A DNA stretch of 64,000 nucleotides, taken from positions 4,563-68,562 of the forward strand of contig CAYYNN010000002.1 of assembly GCA_964473175.1 (NCBI GenBank), written 5' to 3'. The first letter of the stretch is position 1; each line of letters opens with the position of its first letter. The stretch comes from an uncultured Candidatus Saccharibacteria bacterium. GTDB taxonomy: Bacteria > Patescibacteriota > Minisyncoccia > Phycocordibacterales > UBA9973. Of this stretch, positions 58,215 to 64,000 are shown piece after piece. The translations under genes were made by a program, and so were the position numbers. Under the pieces are notes generated by a model. The model saw only the letters and a list, made by a program, of their open reading frames with translations, did not search any database and was not told the DNA's origin.

Positions 58215-58529
58215 TTACTCTTTTTTCTTATCGAGTTTGTCCAACCCGAGGGCCTTGATCCCAAAGTATACAACTGCAGCAATGATGATGAAGTCGATGA
58301 TAGTAGAGATAAATGCACCCCACTTGATGGACGCTGCGCCAATCATTGTCATCTTGTCTGCAAGGTCGACTTTGCCCAATGCGAGTCCGACGAGAGGGTT
58401 AACAATGTTGTCCACTAGTGAGCTTACAGTCTTTGATACTGCACCGCCGAGTATGAACCCAATAGCCAGTCCGACAACACCTTGCTCACGAATGAAGTCC
58501 ATGAAGCCTGTAAGTTTGTGTTTGATCAT
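58215..58529 (-). CDS. mscL: Large-conductance mechanosensitive channel MscL
   Basis: FIREQGVVGLAIGFILGGA...VNPLVG conserved TM1 region. 104 aa. Confidence 0.85.
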   Translation of the reverse strand: MIKHKLTGFMDFIREQGVVGLAIGFILGGAVSKTVSSLVDNIVNPLVGLALGKVDLADKMTMIGAASIKWGAFISTIIDFIIIAAVVYFGIKALGLDKLDKKKE

Positions 58530-58537
58530 ATAAAAAA

Positions 58538-58891
58538 TTATAGCACAGAGTGTTCGACGGTGATGCCGCTATCAAAATCATCTTCCAACTCACGTTTTGT
58601 TAATGTAAGTTTTATATGTTGAACTCGCGGTATGAGACAAATCTTTGCAATAATGCGATCTGAAAGTGTTTCGATAAGGTGAACAGAAGGTCCCTCGATA
58701 ACACCACGTGCAATCGAGACTACTTTCCTATAGTCAAACACATGTGCGATATCGTCAGTTGTAATGGCTTGTGATATATCACCAACGTCAATTTCAATAT
58801 CAAGCTTGAATTCTTTGGGTTTGGCAGTAGGGAGGTGGGCACCATGTGTGCCGACGATAATAAGGTTGTGAACGAAGATTGTAGAAGACAT
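58538..58891 (-). CDS. folB: Dihydroneopterin aldolase (FolB family)
   Basis: IIVGTHGAHLPTAKPKEFKLDIEI...DYRKVVSIARGVIEGPSVHLIETL pattern. ORF begins TTG. Start placed at the internal ATG (MSSTIF), about 117 aa. Confidence 0.65.
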   Translation of the reverse strand: MSSTIFVHNLIIVGTHGAHLPTAKPKEFKLDIEIDVGDISQAITTDDIAHVFDYRKVVSIARGVIEGPSVHLIETLSDRIIAKICLIPRVQHIKLTLTKRELEDDFDSGITVEHSVL

Positions 58892-59083
58892 AGAGCAATA
58901 AAAACTGTGGTGTATATTGAACGAAGTTCGAATGTATTTTGAATTGAATCCTGATGAACAATGATGCGCGCCTCGTCCGCTCCGCGTTCTGTGGTAACTC
59001 AAAGAATATGGATTGTACTAGGCACAAACAAGTCTGTACGTGCTTGCCTACATCATTTCTTTAGGAACAAATTCTGGACTGTT

Positions 59084-59938
59084 TTAGTTAATCAAGCAAG
59101 GTGTGTCGTGATAAGTTGTCTCTTTAGTAACAAGTGATAACTCACCACTAAAGCATTTATTCTGATTTTGGTCTAAAGTGCCAGATACAGAGATAAACGC
59201 TTCACCGCCTTCACCAGCGAACGGGTAACCTGATTTTTCTGCACCTTCTTTATTCCAGAAATATTGAAAACCCTGGTTTTGAACTTTCGCACCAGTGTCT
59301 TTCAAATTATATTTATCAACAAAAAAGTTCAACGCTTCACTTTGGCTATTGAAAAACAATTTGTCGCGAAGATTAACAGTTGACACCCCTATTCGTCCGG
59401 ATTTTGTAGGATCGCTCTCAAGAGGAAGGGTATCTGGTGAAATAGTTGGTGGAACACCAAGGGTCATACTGTCTATTTGATTTACTGTTAACCAATCTTT
59501 TTTGACTGCATATCTTACTGTCAATTCGCAAGTGTTACCTACTGGTCGCAGAGATACGGCAGTGGCAGTGATATAAGAATTAAATTCTGAATCAGAAAGA
59601 TTGTTTTCCTTTTTAAATGTTTTTCCCCAACCGTCAAAATATGCTTTTGCACTGTAATTAATCAAGTTACCACAATCGTTACTTAATGAAGGATTTTGAG
59701 TTAATGGTGCAGTTGGACTTGGTGATCGGGTAGGCGAAGGAGTTGGAGTTTGGCTAGGAATTTTAGTATTTGTCTGTTGTTCATTTTGATTTGATGACTG
59801 TGTTTTAGTATCAACGACAATAGGTGCTTCTGTTTTTTTATTTTTGTAAATATAAACACTGCCCCCGACTACCAATGCTACAATAATCACTAGAAGTAAT
59901 GGCACAATAAAACCTTTTTGTGAGTTTTTCATATTCAT
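59084..59938 (-). CDS. Hypothetical membrane-anchored secreted protein
   Basis: N-terminal TM (FIVPLLLVIIVALVVGG). Thr/Pro/Ser-rich linker. 284 aa. Confidence 0.5.
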   Translation of the reverse strand: MNMKNSQKGFIVPLLLVIIVALVVGGSVYIYKNKKTEAPIVVDTKTQSSNQNEQQTNTKIPSQTPTPSPTRSPSPTAPLTQNPSLSNDCGNLINYSAKAYFDGWGKTFKKENNLSDSEFNSYITATAVSLRPVGNTCELTVRYAVKKDWLTVNQIDSMTLGVPPTISPDTLPLESDPTKSGRIGVSTVNLRDKLFFNSQSEALNFFVDKYNLKDTGAKVQNQGFQYFWNKEGAEKSGYPFAGEGGEAFISVSGTLDQNQNKCFSGELSLVTKETTYHDTPCLIN

Positions 59939-60046
59939 AATTATATTGTTATTTTAATAAATCCTCAATAGGAACGCTTAACGACTTGGAGATTTTTTGA
60001 ATTGTTTGAACACTTGGTTTTATAACAACGTCACCCTCAATTTTTG

Positions 60047-60133
60047 CGGAAGCGGTGAGATTCGAACTCACGGTCCCCTTACGAGGACTCCTGTTTTCAA
60101 GACAGGTGCATTCGACCACTCTGCCACGCTTCC
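60047..60133 (-). tRNA. tRNA-Ser (anticodon TGA)
   Basis: Acceptor GGAAGCG/CGCTTCC, anticodon loop CTTGAAA, long variable arm, T-arm GTGAGTTCGAATCTCAC. Confidence 0.85.
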
Positions 60134-60217
60134 AAACGTTACTTCAGTGGTATCGAAGTAGTGCCACTGTACCATACAGAATATGGATTTTCAACGGTGC
60201 TATGGTAGTCTTTTTGT

Positions 60218-60607
60218 ATGAAATATCTTGGCATAGATTTTGGGACGAAAAGGGTAGGGGTGGCAATCTCTGACGATGATGGTTCTTTTGCATTTCCAAA
60301 GGCGATAGTTGAAAGCGAAAAGGCGATAGAGCAGATAGCGACGCTATGCAAAACAGAGCTTGTTGGAGCCATTGTTATTGGAGAATCAGTTGCGAGTAAC
60401 GGAGAGCCAAACAAACTTTTGAACGCAATCAATACATTCAAGGCAAGGCTCACTGTTGCGACGACACTCCCTATATTTTCTATACGAGAAGATTTCTCAA
60501 GTGTGGAGGCACATCGCTATCAGATAGATGCAGGCAAGAGAGATGATAGTGCGGCAGCAATCATACTCCAACGGTATTTGGATAGATTGGATAAACAAAA
60601 AAAGTAG
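60218..60607 (+). CDS. ruvX: Putative pre-16S rRNA nuclease / Holliday junction resolvase-like YqgF (RuvX)
   Basis: MKYLGIDFGTKRVGVAISD RNase H-like N-terminus. 129 aa. Confidence 0.85.
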   Translation: MKYLGIDFGTKRVGVAISDDDGSFAFPKAIVESEKAIEQIATLCKTELVGAIVIGESVASNGEPNKLLNAINTFKARLTVATTLPIFSIREDFSSVEAHRYQIDAGKRDDSAAAIILQRYLDRLDKQKK

Positions 60608-60621
60608 CATAGAATTTATAT

Positions 60622-60954
60622 ATGGATCACATCACTATCGACGAATTTAAAAAAGTTGAAGCCCGTATCGGAAAGGTATTAGCGGCTGAAGCAGTAGAAG
60701 GATCAGAAAAACTGATCAAACTTAGTTTGGATTTTGGAGAAGAAACACCACGGCAAATACTCTCGGGTATCAGGGAATGGTACACACCAGAGAGTTTGAT
60801 AGGGAAGCAGTTGTTGTTTGTCACAAACCTCGCACCTCGATCTATGATGGGACTTGAAAGTAATGGTATGTTGATGGCGGTCGATGGTGTAGATGGTGCG
60901 CCAGTATTTATCGTACCAGAAACAGAGGTTGTAAGCGGTGCAAAGGTGCGATAG
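60622..60954 (+). CDS. tRNA-binding domain protein (CsaA/Trbp111-like, OB-fold)
   Basis: IDEFKKVEARIGKVLAAEAVEGSEKLIKLSLDFGEE...LAPRSMMGLESNGMLMA pattern of the tRNA-binding (EMAP/MetRS C-terminal) domain. 110 aa. Confidence 0.7.
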   Translation: MDHITIDEFKKVEARIGKVLAAEAVEGSEKLIKLSLDFGEETPRQILSGIREWYTPESLIGKQLLFVTNLAPRSMMGLESNGMLMAVDGVDGAPVFIVPETEVVSGAKVR

Positions 60955-60981
60955 TACACAACTTAGCTTATACTATACCTA

Positions 60982-62226
60982 GTGTCGTCACGACGTTTCA
61001 ATACAATAGATCCTATTTTCTCCGATCATGTCGGTATTGATTTTGATACACGGAGCGTGCGAGTCATAAAACTCAAGCGAAACAATAAGGGAATGATACC
61101 GGTCTTGCATCGAACATTTTCATGGCCAGACGGAGTTGTTGTTAATGGCATCATTACTGATAAAGCAAGAGCTGTTACGTTTCTGAAACAGATTAAAAAA
61201 TCATGCAGTATTCATCGCGCATACGCATCGTTGCCAGATACGGTAGTAGCAACAGAAATGATATTACTGGCGCACAATTCGTACAAAACAGTACGACAGG
61301 GAATACAAAAACATTTCACCGATACCGGGATAACCAAAGTATTTTTTGATCATCGAGTGCTTGGCAAAACTCCTGCAGGTATGGCAGTACAAGTGGTGTC
61401 AGTTGCAAAAGATGTGCTAGACGGATACCTCTTGGTTACTTCACATGCGGGTATTGCACTGGTTGGTATCGAGCCTCGGCATGCAGCACTTGCTCGCGCG
61501 ATAACAAAAAAGGGAGAAGAGTATTTTATTCTCGTTGATATTCACGGTACGAGAACGTCGGTCAGTGTATTGGCAAAAGGAATTCCGATCATGACAGAAG
61601 AGGTTCCGTTTGGGGGACGCGATTTGTCGCAAGTGATCAGTAAGGTACACGGCATTGATACCAAGCAGGCGTGGGAACTCTTGGAAACGCACGGTGTGTC
61701 AACTGACGGTGAAGGTAAAAAAGCATTTCAAGAACTTGGAGAAGCATTGGTGATTCTCGAAGATCTGGTAAAACGTGCTGCAGCATATTGGCACGAACAA
61801 AAGACTTGGCACGCTAACCATATACCGATCAGCCGTTTTCATCTTTCTGGAGAGGCGAGTACAGTGCCCGGTCTTGCAGACTATCTCAGTGCGACGCTCA
61901 GACACGAAGTACTTCAAACTAATGTGTGGCAAAACTGTTTTTCATTCCAAGATGTTATTCCAGATATTTCAAGAGATGAAGCTGCGCCGTATGCAGCAGC
62001 AATCGGGTTAGCACTCGCGCCTGCACCATCGGATATTTCGTTGTTACCCAAAGCATCGGAGCATGCAATGGTGCGCAAGGAACATCGGCTGCACATCTTA
62101 CACAAGATAGGTATTATTATCATCACCACGATACTTGCTGCTGGACTCGCGGCAGTGTGTGTACTGGTGTATCAATATATAGTGGAGAAAAATACTTCAC
62201 AAAATACTAGCTCGGTGGTACAGTAG
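60982..62226 (+). CDS. pilM: Type IV pilus assembly protein PilM-like (actin-fold) with C-terminal PilN-like TM segment
   Basis: VGIDFDTRSVRVIKLKR, FILVDIHGTRTSVSVL, HLSGEASTVPGLADYL in PilM-like order. C-terminal TM helix. 414 aa. Confidence 0.5.
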   Translation: MSSRRFNTIDPIFSDHVGIDFDTRSVRVIKLKRNNKGMIPVLHRTFSWPDGVVVNGIITDKARAVTFLKQIKKSCSIHRAYASLPDTVVATEMILLAHNSYKTVRQGIQKHFTDTGITKVFFDHRVLGKTPAGMAVQVVSVAKDVLDGYLLVTSHAGIALVGIEPRHAALARAITKKGEEYFILVDIHGTRTSVSVLAKGIPIMTEEVPFGGRDLSQVISKVHGIDTKQAWELLETHGVSTDGEGKKAFQELGEALVILEDLVKRAAAYWHEQKTWHANHIPISRFHLSGEASTVPGLADYLSATLRHEVLQTNVWQNCFSFQDVIPDISRDEAAPYAAAIGLALAPAPSDISLLPKASEHAMVRKEHRLHILHKIGIIIITTILAAGLAAVCVLVYQYIVEKNTSQNTSSVVQ

Positions 62227-62245
62227 CTTTGCGCCCCTAGAGAAA

Positions 62246-62317
62246 GCCCCCGTAGTTAAATGGATATAACTGCGGACTTCTAAGCCGTTATTGTAGGTTC
62301 GATTCCTACCGGGGGCA
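62246..62317 (+). tRNA. tRNA-Arg (anticodon TCT)
   Basis: Acceptor GCCCCCG/CGGGGGC, anticodon loop CTTCTAA, T-arm GTAGGTTCGATTCCTAC. Confidence 0.8.
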
Positions 62318-62332
62318 CAATATATAGAGCAT

Positions 62333-62405
62333 GCGCTCTTAGCTCAGTTGGTAGAGCAGCGCTTTTACACAGCGAAGGTCGGGGGTTCGAATCCCTCAGG
62401 GCGCA
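62333..62405 (+). tRNA. tRNA-Val (anticodon TAC)
   Basis: Acceptor GCGCTCT/AGGGCGC, D-arm GCTCAGTTGGTAGAGC, anticodon loop TTTACAC, T-arm GGGGGTTCGAATCCCTC. Confidence 0.85.
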
Positions 62406-62410
62406 CAAAT

Positions 62411-63121
62411 ATGGAAAACCTACATATCAAACCATTTGAAATTAAAAAAGTTCAAAAAATAGTCGAGTCGAGAGAAACAGAAGCTTTGGTGGAATGTATT
62501 GAATCTCTTGAAATTCATGCAGTATCTATTGGTGAAGGAGGAAATGCTGAAGTTATGGCTATTGAAGAAGGGTCATTTTCTAAGGTTTGTTTGAAGCGAC
62601 TTAAAGAAATGCCACAAATAGATTGTAATTCTATTGATCGAGAAAATGAACTACAAGGTTTGGCAAGAAAAGCAGGTGTTCGTACACCACTCACATTAAT
62701 TTCTCTTGAAACAGACAACAATAAGTTTCTTATAATGGAAAAGGTTATTGGTTGCACGGTAGAAGAGGTACTTGCAAAACCATCAAATCTTCCTGAAAAA
62801 TATTCTCATGAAGAATTCATGAAAGATTTGGATGAACAGATTATTAAAATGCACAATGCAGGAATTTATCACAGGGATCTCCATAGTCGAAACGTTATGA
62901 TAAATGAGGAAGGACTTCCGGTGATTATTGATTTTGGAACAGCTATTGAAGGTTCAGGAAGTGATTCTACATATGAGGAAATGGCGAATGTGTATAATCC
63001 GACAAAAGGTAGATATGAACTAGTGGCAGGGAAGTTCAAAGACGATAAAGATATGGTGAGAAATCTTAAAAGCGCCATGGCGCCACTCATGCTACAAAGG
63101 ATATTGACAAAATCTAATTAA
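62411..63121 (+). CDS. Protein-kinase-like fold protein (atypical kinase: RIO/Bud32/APH-like)
   Basis: Gly-rich region GEGGNAEV, conserved Lys (KVCLKR), catalytic HRDLHSRNVMI and IIDFG motifs. Start trimmed to MENLHIK because the longer ORF overlaps tRNA-Val. 236 aa. Confidence 0.6.
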   Translation: MENLHIKPFEIKKVQKIVESRETEALVECIESLEIHAVSIGEGGNAEVMAIEEGSFSKVCLKRLKEMPQIDCNSIDRENELQGLARKAGVRTPLTLISLETDNNKFLIMEKVIGCTVEEVLAKPSNLPEKYSHEEFMKDLDEQIIKMHNAGIYHRDLHSRNVMINEEGLPVIIDFGTAIEGSGSDSTYEEMANVYNPTKGRYELVAGKFKDDKDMVRNLKSAMAPLMLQRILTKSN

Positions 63122-63149
63122 TAAATATAATAATAACAAATCATACCTT

Positions 63150-63362
63150 ATGTATATAGGAGAACAGTACAAAGAAATAGTCGAAAACGCATATGCAACC
63201 GCAAAGACTACCAATCAAAATGAGCTCATTTTGGATGAAAAAGTACTCGGTGGCATTAAGTTGTTTATTGGAAAAAAACCAAAATTTACTCTCGGATCAT
63301 TCGTTATGGAGGATGGTGAGATTGTGTATATTGGTGAAGAGGTAATAGGAACGGTTTCTTAA
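63150..63362 (+). CDS. Hypothetical small protein
   Basis: 70-aa ORF followed by a terminator hairpin at about 63347-63388. Confidence 0.35.
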   Translation: MYIGEQYKEIVENAYATAKTTNQNELILDEKVLGGIKLFIGKKPKFTLGSFVMEDGEIVYIGEEVIGTVS

Positions 63363-63387
63363 TTTATTAAGGAACCGTTTATTTTTT

Positions 63388-64000
63388 ATGCATATCGATA
63401 TTTTATTAGAAACAACTGATTTCATCGTCATCAACAAACCCGCAGGTCTCCGCACCCATGGTGATGGTAAAAGTGACGTGCCGACAGTCGTCGACTGGAT
63501 ACTACGCGAGCGACCAGACATTGTCGGGGTTGGGGAGAATATGGAAGTCGATGGCAAAGTGATTGAACGGCCTGGTATCGTGCATCGACTTGATGAAGAA
63601 ACATCAGGTGTGTTAGTCATCACTAAAACTCAGGCAAGTTTTGAATATTTAAAACAACAATTTAAAGATAGGAAGGTGGAGAAAGAATACCATGCATTTG
63701 TATGGGGGCATTTTAAAGATCGTACTGGTATTGTGGACGCGGCAATCGGGCGAAGTAGTGGAGATTTCAGACGATGGCTTGCAGGACGAGGTACCAGAGG
63801 AGAAGTGCGTGAGGCGTTGACCAAATGGGAAGCAGTAATACAGTTTGTTGATGAGTCTGGTGAGCAGTTTTCATTCATGTATCTCTGGCCCAAAACCGGG
63901 CGCACTCATCAGTTGCGTGTGCACATGAAATACCTGCAGCGACCTATTGTTTCAGATAGTTTGTACGCGACTACTAAACCCAAAGCATTAGGGTTTGGTC
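63388..64000 (+). CDS. rluA: RluA-family pseudouridine synthase (3' partial, runs off window)
   Basis: Translation MHIDILLETTDFIVINKPAGLRTHGDG...GIVHRLDEETSGVLVITK contains the catalytic HRLD motif. Confidence 0.8.
   Translation, partial: MHIDILLETTDFIVINKPAGLRTHGDGKSDVPTVVDWILRERPDIVGVGENMEVDGKVIERPGIVHRLDEETSGVLVITKTQASFEYLKQQFKDRKVEKEYHAFVWGHFKDRTGIVDAAIGRSSGDFRRWLAGRGTRGEVREALTKWEAVIQFVDESGEQFSFMYLWPKTGRTHQLRVHMKYLQRPIVSDSLYATTKPKALGFG

Noticed and set aside
1-64000. CRISPR arrays, rRNA genes, IS elements/transposases
   Set aside because: No regularly spaced direct repeats, no 16S/23S/5S-like conserved stretches, and no transposase-like ORF or terminal inverted repeats were seen on either strand.

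Overview
This window reads as a gene-dense, AT-rich bacterial chromosome segment spanning the replication origin (rpmH-rnpA-yidD-yidC on the minus strand, dnaA-dnaN on the plus strand, with consensus DnaA boxes). Many proteins are small, and envelope, pilus and secretion genes sit beside a minimal housekeeping set; I take this as pointing to an ultra-small Candidate Phyla Radiation / Patescibacteria-like bacterium, which is inference only. TGA, TAA and TAG all act as stops, so the code is standard. Housekeeping genes called from motifs are xth, xerC/D-like recombinase, rpsO, comM/yifB, M23-LysM peptidase, pcrA, rsmA, yidC, yidD, rnpA, rpmH, dnaA, dnaN, PBP1A, tyrS, ruvC, ruvB and ruvA (displaced from ruvB/C), pilB, tsaE, polA, dsbB with a dsbA-like partner, ZIP transporter, trmH-like, rpsT, mscL, folB, ruvX, a CsaA-like tRNA-binding protein, a PilM/N-like protein and rluA (partial). 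Five tRNAs are present: Lys-TTT, Arg-GCG, Ser-TGA, Arg-TCT and Val-TAC. No rRNA, CRISPR array or obvious IS element was seen. The most system-like feature is a type IV secretion-like island of about 15 kb (13167-28513) next to the origin. It holds a Cys-rich secreted giant protein, a Thr-repeat protein, a 1152-aa VirB6/TrbL-like polytopic protein with a long K/E-rich coiled-coil tail, a PrgI/VirB3-like protein and a secreted protein ending in a lytic-transglycosylase (VirB1-like) domain. Its VirB4 ATPase is split into two same-frame ORFs by two in-frame stop codons, and no coupling protein or relaxase is present in the window. Other notable items are a bacterial SET-domain methyltransferase, a eukaryotic-like kinase-fold protein beside a tRNA pair, a candidate structured RNA with a 20-bp terminal helix and a tmRNA-like 5' motif, a pilB-linked module of very large repeat surface proteins driven by near-consensus promoters, and several orphan genes.
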